From the NCBI GenBank assembly GCA_964611205.1, contig CAZSZB010000002.1, positions 10,609 to 74,608 of the forward strand: a stretch of DNA of 64,000 bases, given 5' to 3'. This document shows positions 40,568 to 51,573 of the stretch, piece by piece. The notes under the pieces are model-generated. The model was not told where the DNA came from. It made no database searches and saw only the letters and a list, made by a program, of their open reading frames with translations. Position numbers and translations under genes: made by a program. Each line of letters opens with the position of its first letter. Position 1 is the stretch's first letter. Source of the DNA: an uncultured Candidatus Saccharibacteria bacterium (GTDB lineage Bacteria; Patescibacteriota; Minisyncoccia; Phycocordibacterales; UBA918).

Positions 40568-42307
40568 ATGAACCAGACAAAAACACCAAGATTTAATCTT
40601 ATTAAAAAATACTTTTCATTACTAGAAAATCGTAAACCTAGTGATAAATTCTTTTTGCAAGCTTCTTTGTTAGCTTTTATCATCGCTTCTGTATATTTTG
40701 TATACATTTTAAATGAACGATATACAGTATCAATACCAACTAGAGGTGGTGTTTTGGTAGAAGGAATAGTAGGAACTCCTCGTTTCGTCAATCCAGTACT
40801 GGCCACCACTAGAGCCGATAAAGATATCGTTGAACTTGTCTACAGCGGTCTATTGAAGATAAATAGTGAGGGAGACTTAGTGCCAGACTTGGCTGAATCA
40901 GTTGAACTTTTAGAGAATGGTCAAACCTATCACGTCAAATTGAAAGATAATATCTACTTCCATGATGGATCAAAGGTTACAGCCCGTGACGTAGCTTATA
41001 CTATCGCCTTAATCCAAAATCCGGACTTAAAAAGTCCCCTGCGCGGCAACTGGGAAGGAGTCTTGGTAGAGGAACTAGGAGAGAAAGAACTTAATATTGT
41101 CGTCTCTAAACCCTACACTCCTTTTATAGAAAATTTGAAGGTGGGAATCATCCCTAGAGAAATATGGGATAACTTACCAACTGAGCAATTACCTTTTAGT
41201 CAAAACAACACAAATCCCGTTGGTTCTGGACCATACCAGATTACAAACACTACCTACAATCAATCAGGCTTGATTACTCACTACACTTTAAAAGCTTCCG
41301 ATAGTCACAGAAATCTTACTAACATAGAAAAGTTGGAACTATATTTCTACACTACTGAAGAAGAATTATTAACAGCTCTCAATGCTGGTAAAATAATGAG
41401 TACCGCCAGCTTGGGTGCGGAGAACTTTTCTTCGATTAACATGGATAAGTTTGCTATCTCTAACCACGAGCTACCGCGTACTTTCTCAATTTATTTCAAC
41501 CAAAACAAACTGCCTGCGCTACGATCTCAAGCAGTCAGAGAAGCTTTGCAAATAATGATAGATAAGCAAGATTTAGTTGATAAAGTTCTCTTAGGCAATG
41601 GTATGGTAACTAACTCACCTATTCCAGCCGGCTACGAAAAGCAAAGCCTAGATACAGAGAACCAAGAGGCTGAGCAAGACTTCGACCCATTAACTAAAGC
41701 TAGTAGCATTTTAACCAACGATGGCTGGACAAAGAATGAATCCGGAAACTGGATTAAAAAAACAGACGATTCAGAAATGGAATTGGCGATTGAAATAAGC
41801 ACTGCTAACAGTCCTTTTTTCAACGATACGGCTGAATATATCGCACAAAGTTGGCGGGATCTGGGAGTGATAGTTAATGTAGCTCAATTTAAACAAACAG
41901 ATTTGGTGCAGGCTATTATTAGACCGCGCAGTTTCCAAGCTTTATTATTTGGCGCGGAACAGGACCGTATCATCGATCTTTATCCTTTCTGGCATTCATC
42001 ACAGAAAAATGATCCTGGTCTTAACATTGCTGGCTACACCAGTATTGAAGTAGACGCTCTATTAGAAAAGGCTCGAAAAGCAACGAGTTCAGATGCTCGT
42101 TTCGAATTAAACCAAGAAGCTATTAAGCTCATAAAAACTGACTCTCCAGCTATCTTTTTATTTACCCCGACTTTCAGTTACGTTCACGATAAAAACTTAC
42201 TTTTAAGCATACCGCCTAGATTAAGTAATCACAGTGACCGCTTTTCAGATATAGGTTCATGGTCCGTATCGACTGAGAACATTTGGCCTGTGTTTAAGAG
42301 AGATTAG
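40568..42307 (+). CDS. Family 5 ABC substrate-binding protein (peptide), membrane anchored
   Basis: LVPDLAE, FHDG..VTARDV, PVGSGPY, WHSSQ. Confidence 0.9.
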   Translation: MNQTKTPRFNLIKKYFSLLENRKPSDKFFLQASLLAFIIASVYFVYILNERYTVSIPTRGGVLVEGIVGTPRFVNPVLATTRADKDIVELVYSGLLKINSEGDLVPDLAESVELLENGQTYHVKLKDNIYFHDGSKVTARDVAYTIALIQNPDLKSPLRGNWEGVLVEELGEKELNIVVSKPYTPFIENLKVGIIPREIWDNLPTEQLPFSQNNTNPVGSGPYQITNTTYNQSGLITHYTLKASDSHRNLTNIEKLELYFYTTEEELLTALNAGKIMSTASLGAENFSSINMDKFAISNHELPRTFSIYFNQNKLPALRSQAVREALQIMIDKQDLVDKVLLGNGMVTNSPIPAGYEKQSLDTENQEAEQDFDPLTKASSILTNDGWTKNESGNWIKKTDDSEMELAIEISTANSPFFNDTAEYIAQSWRDLGVIVNVAQFKQTDLVQAIIRPRSFQALLFGAEQDRIIDLYPFWHSSQKNDPGLNIAGYTSIEVDALLEKARKATSSDARFELNQEAIKLIKTDSPAIFLFTPTFSYVHDKNLLLSIPPRLSNHSDRFSDIGSWSVSTENIWPVFKRD

Positions 42308-42334
42308 ATTAGATAAGAATATTAAAACAATTAT

Positions 42335-44284
42335 ATGAATTCATCAGAAAATAAAAATCATTCAAGCCAACAACCAAAACGAGATCCTCGACAGAATACT
42401 CGTCGTTTTGGTAATCAGCCAGCTAGCAACAGCACGAGAAAACACACTTTCAAGAAAACTACTCGTAAAGTAACTAAAAAAACAACCAGTAAAAAACGGG
42501 GGAAGAATCCTCGACATAACCAACGTCGTCGGAGCATGACTAATCCTGCCCTAACCCACCGCCTAGCGACTACCGATGATAAAGCTCCAACTTTGCCAGA
42601 AGTAACTGATGAGGATACCGTTCGTATCATTCCGCTGGGTGGTGTAGAAGAAATTGGTCGCAATATGACAGTGGTAGAAACAAAAGATGACATTATTGTG
42701 TTTGATGCTGGCTTTCAATTTGTTTCTGCTGAGGCTAACGCTCCAGGAGTAGATTATATTCTTCCTAATACACAGTACTTAGAAGAGAGAAAGCACAAAA
42801 TTCGAGCCCTGGTAGTCACTCACGGTCACCTAGACCATATTGGGGGTATTCCCTTTTTGATGGAAAGAATCGGAAATCCACCAGTTTACACTCAGTATTT
42901 GACCTCTCTGATGATTCTCAAGCGCCAAGAAGAATTTCCTCATCTAGAACCTATTGAGATGACAATTGTAAAGGAGGGAGAGCACTTTACCGTTGGTAAA
43001 ACGAAAATTAAAACTTTTCCAGTTACCCACTCTATTCCTGATGCTATGGGAGTTTCAGTTGAAACTAAACATGGTGACGTTGTTATAACTGGCGACATAA
43101 AATTAACTCATGAAAATGGTGAGGTAATCAAAGAAGAACGTGAAGCTTGGGAAAAAGTCGGTAAAAATAAAAACATTTGTCTAATCTGCGAATCAACCAA
43201 TGCTGAAAAAGAAGGTTGGTCAGCTCCCGAAGGAGTGGTTCTGCACAATCTTGACGAAATCATACGAAATGCAACCGGACGGTTGATTGTTGGTACTTTT
43301 GCATCTCAGTTCGATAGACTTTTCGCTATCATCAATGCTTGTGAAAAATACAATAAAAAAGTAGTCCTCGAGGGACGAAGTATTAAAAACAACGTCGACA
43401 TTGCCATGACTGCAAAATTGCTGGAGCCAAAACCGAACACCTTCATTTCAGCTAATGATATGTCTAACTATCCAGCAGATAAAATAGTTATCCTATCTAC
43501 TGGAGCTCAGGGAGAAGAATTTGCTGCTCTGATGAGAATGGCTACTAATAACCACAAGTATATCAACCTCACCGAACGAGATACCGTCGTATTATCATCT
43601 TCAGTTATTCCTGGTAACGAAATAGCGGTTCAGAAATTAAAAGACAACTTGTTCCGTCGTGATGTGCGAGTAGTCAATTACCGTAGCGCTAGCGTCCACT
43701 CATCCGGTCACGGGAACGTGGGAGAGCTAATTTGGGTAAACCAAACAGTTAAACCAAAATTCCTAGTTACAGTACACGGACAACATTCAATGTTAAAAAG
43801 CCATAAATATGCTGCTATTGAAAATGGCTTCCCTGCTGAAAACATCGTTGTCCCAGACAATGGATTCTTAATCGATATCAAGAACGGTGAGGAACTTACT
43901 GTCCAAAAAGATAAAGCCCCTAGCGCTCCAGTGATGGTAGACGGGTTTGCAGTAGGAACTAAACAAGAAGTAGTGCTGCGCGACCGTCAGTCCTTGGCCG
44001 AAGATGGTATGTTCGTTATTATTGCGACAGTAAACACAAAGACTGGTAAATTAAGAAAATCTCCCGATATTATTTCTCGCGGTTTTATTTACCTACGAGA
44101 AAATCAACAACTGTTGTCCGAGGCTCGAGTTCTGATTAAAAAAACAGTTGAGAAAAATACCTCAGGCATGCAACCAATTGATCTTGATATGGTTAAAGAT
44201 GAACTGTCTGATGTAGTCAGCGGGTTCTTGATGCAAAAAACTCATAAGACACCGATGGTGATCCCGGTACTTATTGGTATATAA
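42335..44284 (+). CDS. rnj: Ribonuclease J
   Basis: PLGGVEEIGRN, THGHLDHIG, HSSGH; basic N-terminal extension. Confidence 0.96.
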   Translation: MNSSENKNHSSQQPKRDPRQNTRRFGNQPASNSTRKHTFKKTTRKVTKKTTSKKRGKNPRHNQRRRSMTNPALTHRLATTDDKAPTLPEVTDEDTVRIIPLGGVEEIGRNMTVVETKDDIIVFDAGFQFVSAEANAPGVDYILPNTQYLEERKHKIRALVVTHGHLDHIGGIPFLMERIGNPPVYTQYLTSLMILKRQEEFPHLEPIEMTIVKEGEHFTVGKTKIKTFPVTHSIPDAMGVSVETKHGDVVITGDIKLTHENGEVIKEEREAWEKVGKNKNICLICESTNAEKEGWSAPEGVVLHNLDEIIRNATGRLIVGTFASQFDRLFAIINACEKYNKKVVLEGRSIKNNVDIAMTAKLLEPKPNTFISANDMSNYPADKIVILSTGAQGEEFAALMRMATNNHKYINLTERDTVVLSSSVIPGNEIAVQKLKDNLFRRDVRVVNYRSASVHSSGHGNVGELIWVNQTVKPKFLVTVHGQHSMLKSHKYAAIENGFPAENIVVPDNGFLIDIKNGEELTVQKDKAPSAPVMVDGFAVGTKQEVVLRDRQSLAEDGMFVIIATVNTKTGKLRKSPDIISRGFIYLRENQQLLSEARVLIKKTVEKNTSGMQPIDLDMVKDELSDVVSGFLMQKTHKTPMVIPVLIGI

Positions 44285-44309
44285 ATTGGCATATAAATTC
44301 TCATAATTA

Positions 44310-44345
44310 AAAAACAAACCCTCGTTTACACGAGGGTTTGTTTTT
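44310..44345 (+). terminator. Intrinsic terminator after rnj
   Basis: AAAAACAAACCCTCGT-TTAC-ACGAGGGTTTGTTTTT. Confidence 0.8.
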
Positions 44346-44382
44346 CATATGCTAGATTTTATCAGGGGAAAAGCAAATTCAA

Positions 44383-45603
44383 ATGATTTTTACGCGGTAC
44401 AATATAAACTATATGCTGATTGATCAATGTCATAAATTTACCAATAAAATAATAGAGTTTTGGTATATTTACCCACTGTCTGTATTGTTTGTTTTCCACA
44501 TTTCTTTGGTTGCATACATCAACTCCAGTTACATGGAGCAGTTTATGTCCACCGAGGGAGTAAGTATTCTTTTCACTGTCAGCTCAGCTGTTTCGGTACT
44601 GACCTTTTTATTTTTTTCGCACGCTTTGAAAGCCGCCGGCAATGTGAAGCTAACACTCATTCTGGCTGTAATTGATTTACTTTGTTTGATTATACTAGGC
44701 TTAAACCCAGAGCGAGCTATTGCTATTACAGCCTTCTTTATATTTTTAGTGACCAGTCCTCTGCTATATTTAAATATCGATATATTTTCTGAGGCTTTAA
44801 TCGGTCATGATGAAGAATCTACTGGTAATAAACGCGGTCTTATTTTAGGGTTTATCTCCCTTACGGGAGTTTTGGCCACTGTCTTGGTGGGCCTTATCAT
44901 GGATGGGCACACTAATTTTAGTGCTGTTTACTACACAGCAGCAGGTACTTTAGTTCTGTTTATTGTTTTTTTGCTTACTACTTTCAGTGATTTTACCGAT
45001 CCTGATTATGATATATTTCAAATTCGTACTTCCCTGCGCACCATCTGGCTGAAACCCAATATACGTAATGTGATGTTTTCCCATTTTCTTTTGCAGGTAT
45101 TTTTCATTTGGACAGTCATATATTTCCCGCTTTATCTATTTACTGAAATGGGTTTTGCCTGGGATAAAATTAGCTACATATTAGCATTTGGCTTACTAGC
45201 CTATGTCTTACTCGAATGGCCAATTGGTATCATCGCTGACCGCTGGTTCGGCGAAAAAGAAATAATGACTCTGGGTTTTTTGATACTTACCATAAGTGTT
45301 ACTAGCATAAGCTTTATTACTTCAACTAGTATTTTAGCTTGGATGTTGATTATGTTCGCTACTAGGGTAGGTGCTGCCTGTGTAGAAGCCACTACAGAAA
45401 TTTATTTCTTTAAACATTCAGACGGTGATGATGCTGATACTATAAGTTTTTTCCGTCTATTAAGACCTTTGGCAGCCGTAGGTGGTACGTTATTAGGAAG
45501 TGTAGCTCTACTCTATCTACCATTTCAAATGATATTTGTGGTCTTAGGCTTTTTCCTAATCCCTGGATTATTCTTTTCTTTTAATATCGAAGATACTAAA
45601 TAA
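44383..45603 (+). CDS. MFS transporter
   Basis: About 12 TMs, GIIADRWFGEK loop motif. Confidence 0.88.
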   Translation: MIFTRYNINYMLIDQCHKFTNKIIEFWYIYPLSVLFVFHISLVAYINSSYMEQFMSTEGVSILFTVSSAVSVLTFLFFSHALKAAGNVKLTLILAVIDLLCLIILGLNPERAIAITAFFIFLVTSPLLYLNIDIFSEALIGHDEESTGNKRGLILGFISLTGVLATVLVGLIMDGHTNFSAVYYTAAGTLVLFIVFLLTTFSDFTDPDYDIFQIRTSLRTIWLKPNIRNVMFSHFLLQVFFIWTVIYFPLYLFTEMGFAWDKISYILAFGLLAYVLLEWPIGIIADRWFGEKEIMTLGFLILTISVTSISFITSTSILAWMLIMFATRVGAACVEATTEIYFFKHSDGDDADTISFFRLLRPLAAVGGTLLGSVALLYLPFQMIFVVLGFFLIPGLFFSFNIEDTK

Positions 45604-45610
45604 CAAGCAG

Positions 45611-46300
45611 CTACAGTTCATAAATCATATCCTTGCGCTCAACCACAATCTTCCAGCCCAAACGTTTAGCTTCATTATATAAAGTTTGATTAGGATTAAA
45701 ACAAATAGGATTCTCCACTAATTCCAACATAGATATATCGCCTTCTGTATCGCCTATGGCAAAAGATCCCTCCTTTGTGAATTCATTAGATTCAAACACC
45801 CTTTTAACTATATTTGCCTTGTTTTGAATCAGGTGTTCATCCACTACTACACCAGTAAATCTGTCGGTGGGTCCGATCTCATAAATGCGACCATAAACTT
45901 TATCAAAACCATAATTTTGACAAAATTCGTCTAAAATAACTTTCGGTGATTGTGAAATGGCTACCGTATAATACCCTTCCTGCTTAAGCTGTTGTAATAA
46001 ATTTTTAGTGTAAAGATAAATTTTTCGGCTGTGTCTAGCCACCACTAGCCTGCCTAAATCTGCCATATCACCATAATAAACTCCTTTGATATGATTAAAA
46101 AAGGTAGTTATCATTGCATCTATATAACTTTCGTAGTCACCTTCCCTGTTAAGCCAAGAATGAAATTCATCATTATATTCATCGCGGGCAGAAATGGGAA
46201 ATTTTCCCTCATCGATCAATTGCTCTACTAATTCAATGAATAGACTCGAGCGAAAAAATGTACCGTCTATATCAAAAAAAGCAACTTTTCTCATAATCAT
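45611..46300 (-). CDS. HAD-IB family hydrolase
   Basis: FFDIDGT, AISQS, GDTEGD, NP. Confidence 0.9.
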   Translation of the reverse strand: MIMRKVAFFDIDGTFFRSSLFIELVEQLIDEGKFPISARDEYNDEFHSWLNREGDYESYIDAMITTFFNHIKGVYYGDMADLGRLVVARHSRKIYLYTKNLLQQLKQEGYYTVAISQSPKVILDEFCQNYGFDKVYGRIYEIGPTDRFTGVVVDEHLIQNKANIVKRVFESNEFTKEGSFAIGDTEGDISMLELVENPICFNPNQTLYNEAKRLGWKIVVERKDMIYEL

Positions 46301-47142
46301 TAATCTACCATTATAAATATCGATTGCAATTCTCGATATTCATTTTGAGTCAAAATTGTTTTACGATAAATACCTTCCTTGGGCCAACCGACCTCAGAAA
46401 TAGTAATTCTGTAGTCATCAAAAACAGACTCAATAAAGGCTAGCTGGCCAATATCGTCCACTATGTACTCCATTACTGCTAGTGGTTGGGGTGAAATGCT
46501 TATATGAATATTGGATTGACCCCGAAGTTTCTGTTGCCATGTTCCAGGAATACGGGAGGAATTTTGTTGCCATTTTATGAATTTATTGTTTTGTAGTAAT
46601 CTGTAGAAAACGTACTCAGCACTAGTTAAAGATAAACCAGCTCGTGCTCCAGAAAACTCATCGGCTATCAAGGCCCGTAACTTAATGGTCTCAACATTAT
46701 GGGCAGTATAATCATTTCCATTAACAAATTGGGGTTGGATATCACTCTGATTGCGAACCAGAACATCTTTTAAAACCCAGCCATTATAATCATCAGTTTT
46801 TACCTCCGCCCATCTACCCCCTAATTTTTCTAAAATAACTGTTTGTCCGTATGACAAAGGACAAATGACTGAATCAAAAGTTATTACTGGATCACTGTAT
46901 AGGTATACTTCGGTCGAACCAATGAAGTATTTTTCACCATTTACAAAATTACTAATGGAGGTCGGTTTTAATCTGATTTCATCACCTGAAAATAAAAGCC
47001 CCTGCTCTTGATTGTTAGCAAGGGTATTTTGCAAAGCTAAAGTCTTAGGAATCTTATCTGTATCTGTGTTTTTAATTACTCCGAATAAGCTAGTGTACAC
47101 AAACTTCCATAGATCATCTATAACGGCCAACCAAACATTCAT
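46300..47142 (-). CDS. SH3b + CHAP-like domain protein (catalytic residues altered)
   Basis: GRWAEV..GWV SH3; TSAEYV and GQLAFIESV..ITISEVGW resemble CHAP. Confidence 0.6.
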   Translation of the reverse strand: MNVWLAVIDDLWKFVYTSLFGVIKNTDTDKIPKTLALQNTLANNQEQGLLFSGDEIRLKPTSISNFVNGEKYFIGSTEVYLYSDPVITFDSVICPLSYGQTVILEKLGGRWAEVKTDDYNGWVLKDVLVRNQSDIQPQFVNGNDYTAHNVETIKLRALIADEFSGARAGLSLTSAEYVFYRLLQNNKFIKWQQNSSRIPGTWQQKLRGQSNIHISISPQPLAVMEYIVDDIGQLAFIESVFDDYRITISEVGWPKEGIYRKTILTQNEYRELQSIFIMVD

Positions 47143-47250
47143 ATTAAGAGTATAATAACACTTTCTTGTTAGAAAGAGACAAACAAAAAACACACCTGAG
47201 TATGCTTTTTGTTTACTATTATTCTAGTATTAGTTGAATAGTATTACTTT

Positions 47251-47454
47251 TTATGAGGGACAGAATTTTTTGAAAGTGATAAGCATGTACACTGCAGAGA
47301 TACCTACTACAATATAGATTAGTCTCTCTAACCAATCCACACTTCCTAAGAGCATATTCACCAAGTTTAGGTCGAACAAGCCGACTGTCAGCCAATTCAA
47401 ACCACCGATTATTACCAGTAAGACTGGTAGAGTATTTAACATTTTATTGTCCAT
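47251..47454 (-). CDS. DUF378 family membrane protein
   Basis: IIGGLNW..GLFDLNLV, IYIVVGISAV. Confidence 0.9.
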   Translation of the reverse strand: MDNKMLNTLPVLLVIIGGLNWLTVGLFDLNLVNMLLGSVDWLERLIYIVVGISAVYMLITFKKFCPS

Positions 47455-47514
47455 ATAAAATTATGTTATAAATAATACTAATAAACCCTAATCTCACTAT
47501 ACAATACAAATCAA

Positions 47515-48639
47515 CTATTTATTACTAAGCAGTTGATAAAGCCTGGTGACTATAATACCCACTGAAAAGGCTGTAATTAATAGAATCAAAGCCGGGCCAA
47601 TTATCGGCAAGATAATAATCAGTTGCAATACAGCAGTACCAACAAACAACCATAGCAGAGTAACTTGTATCTTGCCTGTAAAGAATTTAGCTAAATAAGC
47701 ACCGCTGACAATACTAGATAGAGCATAGCCAGTTGCTAATAGTATAGCAGCAAGACCAGCTGTCATAAGTCCTACCAAAAATCCCAATACGGTTAATATC
47801 AGAAAGATGGCTGCTAGTGGCATAAATATAATCACAGCAAAACCAATCAGAGTTTTGGTTATATGATGATTGTCTGTCCGCTTTAATAAATTAAGCAGAT
47901 TACGACTAAACAATAAATATAATGTTAACGAAGTAAATAACGTTATCAAAAAAGGTACTAAATTGATCACCATCTTACTGTCCTTGTTTTGATTGTTTAC
48001 AAAAAGTTGGCGCTTCTGAACATCTCCTTCGATGGTGACCTCAGGAGCTCTTACTAAAGTTGAATTACTAGCATAAGTCACATTCCCAACAATCGAAGCC
48101 TGGCTTCCCAGTGTTAATTGTTTATGGATATTAACATCAACGTCTTTGCCGACAGAACCATTAATAGTGAGGTTTTGACTAGTGCCGTGAATAGCTCCAT
48201 CTACCTTACCTTCAATAATGCCTGAGCGGCCGAAAAAATAAATATTTCCTCCGATATGAGCTGAGGAGAGAACTTTTAGATTACTGGCAATGACAAAAAG
48301 GTCGCCTTCTATGTCGTTAGCTATAACTACTTCTCCCGATAATATTCTGACGTCATCCTTAACCGTAGCGTGTATTTGTGAGACTCCACTTAGAATTACC
48401 AAATCTTCATTAACCACACCGTTAACTGTTACTGAACCTCCCAAGGCATACATATCGCCCAAGACCTCTCCGGACATACTGGTGTTGCCTAAGGGACCAA
48501 CGGAGACATAATAATCACCTTTAATAGATTGTGATTTCTCAACAGATATAGCATTACCAGTTCGAACAACAGTTTCAGCCAGCACTGAATAAGGTAAGAA
48601 TATGAGAATTAATATAAAGATGTAGTTGTATAATTTCAT
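47515..48639 (-). CDS. Bactofilin-like beta-helix membrane protein
   Basis: Repeats of V.GD....G....I.G, C-terminal TMs. Confidence 0.75.
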   Translation of the reverse strand: MKLYNYIFILILIFLPYSVLAETVVRTGNAISVEKSQSIKGDYYVSVGPLGNTSMSGEVLGDMYALGGSVTVNGVVNEDLVILSGVSQIHATVKDDVRILSGEVVIANDIEGDLFVIASNLKVLSSAHIGGNIYFFGRSGIIEGKVDGAIHGTSQNLTINGSVGKDVDVNIHKQLTLGSQASIVGNVTYASNSTLVRAPEVTIEGDVQKRQLFVNNQNKDSKMVINLVPFLITLFTSLTLYLLFSRNLLNLLKRTDNHHITKTLIGFAVIIFMPLAAIFLILTVLGFLVGLMTAGLAAILLATGYALSSIVSGAYLAKFFTGKIQVTLLWLFVGTAVLQLIIILPIIGPALILLITAFSVGIIVTRLYQLLSNK

Positions 48640-48641
48640 AT

Positions 48642-49385
48642 TTAACTCTCTAGTTCCTTTCTAGCCAGCTCATCATTACTTATTTCTTTGGCGATAGCAG
48701 CTTGTTCCTTTTGCTGAATTTCTGATTGTTTTTTGATGGTTGAAGTAGCTATACCTTGCTTATCATACAGATTCATCAATGAAAAACTAACCATAGCCGC
48801 GAAAACTACTCCAAAAAGATTCATTATGAGCAACACAGAGGAGCCTTTAATGACAGCAACATCTAGATAAGCGATTCCGACTCCTACCACTGCTAAAGGC
48901 GGGATAAGAGCCACTGAAATAGCAACGCCAGGCAAGGTTGAGCTCCACTCTGGATTAGCTAGAGCAAAAGCTACAGCCGCACCGGATACCACAGCCACTA
49001 GGAAGTGAATCAGGGACGGCGTTGTGCGACTCAATATTTCGGCTGTCATCAGTCCGTCACCTAAAAATAAAGCAGCTAAGATTGAACAGCCCAAACCTAT
49101 TGATAGGGCTTTTCCTAAGGTAAATAATGATCTTTGTAAAACAATTGTATTAGACATAGAAAGTCCGAGCGCAACTCCAAGTATAGGATACAAAACTGGA
49201 GCAATTAACATGCTCCCTATAACAATCGATGTACTATTAATAATGACCCCAAAAGTAGCCATAATAACCGATAGTGCAGTTAAGTAGAAAAAATCAAAAT
49301 TTGGTGTACTACTTTCCATCAACTTCCTGACCACCGCAGCTTTATCTTTATCTTCAATGACTCTAAATCGTGCTAGAAAATCCAT
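48642..49385 (-). CDS. DUF389/TIGR00341 family membrane protein
   Basis: IGSMLIAP, EILSRT.P, LPGVAISVALIPPL. Confidence 0.9.
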   Translation of the reverse strand: MDFLARFRVIEDKDKAAVVRKLMESSTPNFDFFYLTALSVIMATFGVIINSTSIVIGSMLIAPVLYPILGVALGLSMSNTIVLQRSLFTLGKALSIGLGCSILAALFLGDGLMTAEILSRTTPSLIHFLVAVVSGAAVAFALANPEWSSTLPGVAISVALIPPLAVVGVGIAYLDVAVIKGSSVLLIMNLFGVVFAAMVSFSLMNLYDKQGIATSTIKKQSEIQQKEQAAIAKEISNDELARKELES

Positions 49386-49468
49386 AATTTATTTATATAT
49401 TGGCAAACAGTGACATTATATCATGATAAAAACGTACTTAACGCCCTTTTACTGAAAAACAGCGGAGC

Positions 49469-50470
49469 CTAGTTGTTTGAAAATAAACCTTTACCCATTT
49501 CCCACATTTCTGGGTCTCCTTGTTCTTTCAACCAATACCACCATTCTGCTCCCCATAGATATTGTTTTTCTAAGTGTGTTTTTTCTGCATATTCAAGAAT
49601 AGAAGCAAATTTCTCTGGATTCATACGAGTATATTGAGTTTCAATATCAACATCCGTGACCGGCTCAATCAACCAAGGTTCTATCGACAACTCTATTAGC
49701 ATCACTTCTTTGGGATTTAAAGCTGTGAGTATTCCGGTACGCAGACGATACCAAATTGGTGGCAAAATGGTTCTGAATTGACCTAATTCTGGATTCCAGA
49801 AATAGACATAGACACTAGTCCCGAAAGCATCAGCTTGTTTGTAAGGCTTCCACCAAGTACCTAAATTACCGCTATCTGTAACGAGCAAAGGTCTAGTGTT
49901 GTCTAGTGTTCGGAAATACTCTATCTCATACTCGAAAAATTCTTGATCAAAAGGACCACAATGATCTTTAGCAAAAACTTCTAAGTAAGGCTCATTTTCT
50001 ATTTGCCAATATTTTATAACTGATCTGTCTTTATAACGATTAGCAACAACTTTCATGTAATCAAGTAACTCTGCTTGTTGTTGTTCCCAAGTTTTATCAT
50101 CAGCCCAGTCGGGAATATGGCATTCTGGCCACCGTGGCAAACGGCGACCAACAGCTAATATAACATCAGCTCCAACTTCTTCTGCTCTGTCCAATTGATA
50201 ATCCAAATCAGAGAAATCATAAACTCCATCTATTGGCTCTACCATCGGCCAGTGCGCTGCTAACCGAAGATGTCGTACTCCAAGATCATCCAAAATAGCG
50301 TCGTACACAACCTTTGGTTCCAATCCTAAATCTCTAGTATAAAAAGTATTGAAGGACATACCGTACTGGATCCTCTCAGGCTTATCTCCAGCTATCAAAA
50401 ATCCTCCAACGACGACAAGCAGTAACCCGGCTAAACCTAAGGCTATCAATATTTTATATAGAATTCGCAT
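49469..50470 (-). CDS. Membrane-anchored clan GH-A glycoside hydrolase
   Basis: YDFSDLD, PRWPECHIP.W, WQIENEP, ELSIEPW, WGAEWW. Confidence 0.75.
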   Translation of the reverse strand: MRILYKILIALGLAGLLLVVVGGFLIAGDKPERIQYGMSFNTFYTRDLGLEPKVVYDAILDDLGVRHLRLAAHWPMVEPIDGVYDFSDLDYQLDRAEEVGADVILAVGRRLPRWPECHIPDWADDKTWEQQQAELLDYMKVVANRYKDRSVIKYWQIENEPYLEVFAKDHCGPFDQEFFEYEIEYFRTLDNTRPLLVTDSGNLGTWWKPYKQADAFGTSVYVYFWNPELGQFRTILPPIWYRLRTGILTALNPKEVMLIELSIEPWLIEPVTDVDIETQYTRMNPEKFASILEYAEKTHLEKQYLWGAEWWYWLKEQGDPEMWEMGKGLFSNN

Positions 50471-50496
50471 ACAGGTATTATAAAGGGGTTATGTTT

Positions 50497-51429
50497 TTAT
50501 ACAAACAAAATTATGAATCCTATGAAAATAATACCTACATAAATAGTTTTTCGTATGATAGTTTTTAGATCAAATTCATTTTCACCAGCTGTTTCTGGTA
50601 TTAGACGACCAATAAAAATGCCGATAATGATGATGAACACATATTTCAATCCATCCAGAGCTTGAACTACTGCTACCTCACCTAAGTCAGTAGCTTTCAA
50701 TATCAAAAAGGAAGCAACTCCAGCCATCATTTTATTCCCCAATATAAGGAGGCCTCCTTTTTTACCAGTCTGTTCTGTCTGTTTCTTTATCTTTTCTAAA
50801 TAAGCGGGGACTAATAATAACGATAGAGCAAAAGCAAAGAAAGCTATCCGTGACCAGAAAAACCCGTCATCAAAACTAGTTTCGGTAAACAGACCCTTCA
50901 TTGCTATGTAATGGAGAGCAAAGAAAATACCACTATGTAAAGTACGTAAAGCAGTGGAGGCAGAGAAGCGCATTTGGGATACTAAGGCAGTACCCAAAGC
51001 TAGAATAGCGATACCCCAAATAAAATTATGAGTTAAGCTGGTGCCTAAAAATAGGTAGGCCATTCCGAATGACGAAATGGCTGAAACCGCTCCAATTACA
51101 GGCATCACATCAGACGCATCCGCTTCCTTCAAACCGTCATACATAGACACCAGAGCCATAAAGAATGTGTAGGCGGCCAAAAATGACATTCCTACTACCT
51201 GTATAGTGGGGGACTGTACATTCTTCAAAGACGGAGCCCCTAAACTATCTAGACCAGGAATAAAACCAAATAAGTAAACCGCAATCCAGCCACCAGTAAT
51301 AAGGCAAGAATAAAAAGCATACACAAACGGTCGTGGCAACAACTTTTCATCACTGACGATATGCTTATCTAGCAAAGCAACAATAGCGTTGAGAAATTGA
51401 CCGAAGGTGGCAAGTATTATCCAATTCAT
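50497..51429 (-). CDS. EamA/DMT family transporter
   Basis: About 10 TMs in two repeats. Confidence 0.75.
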   Translation of the reverse strand: MNWIILATFGQFLNAIVALLDKHIVSDEKLLPRPFVYAFYSCLITGGWIAVYLFGFIPGLDSLGAPSLKNVQSPTIQVVGMSFLAAYTFFMALVSMYDGLKEADASDVMPVIGAVSAISSFGMAYLFLGTSLTHNFIWGIAILALGTALVSQMRFSASTALRTLHSGIFFALHYIAMKGLFTETSFDDGFFWSRIAFFAFALSLLLVPAYLEKIKKQTEQTGKKGGLLILGNKMMAGVASFLILKATDLGEVAVVQALDGLKYVFIIIIGIFIGRLIPETAGENEFDLKTIIRKTIYVGIIFIGFIILFV

Positions 51430-51501
51430 TATTTAGTATTATCCCATTATTTTTTTGGTTGCTTGTGGGTTTATGCCCATAAAGATATCTGGCTTGAAAA
51501 A

Positions 51502-51541
51502 TTAATCACCGCTTTAATGCCGGCATTAAAGCGGTGATTAA
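51502..51541. repeat. Perfect 40-bp palindrome
   Basis: TTAATCACCGCTTTAATGCC|GGCATTAAAGCGGTGATTAA. Confidence 0.85.
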
Positions 51542-51573
51542 ATCTTTCATTGCAAATGAAAGGTTTTTCTTTG

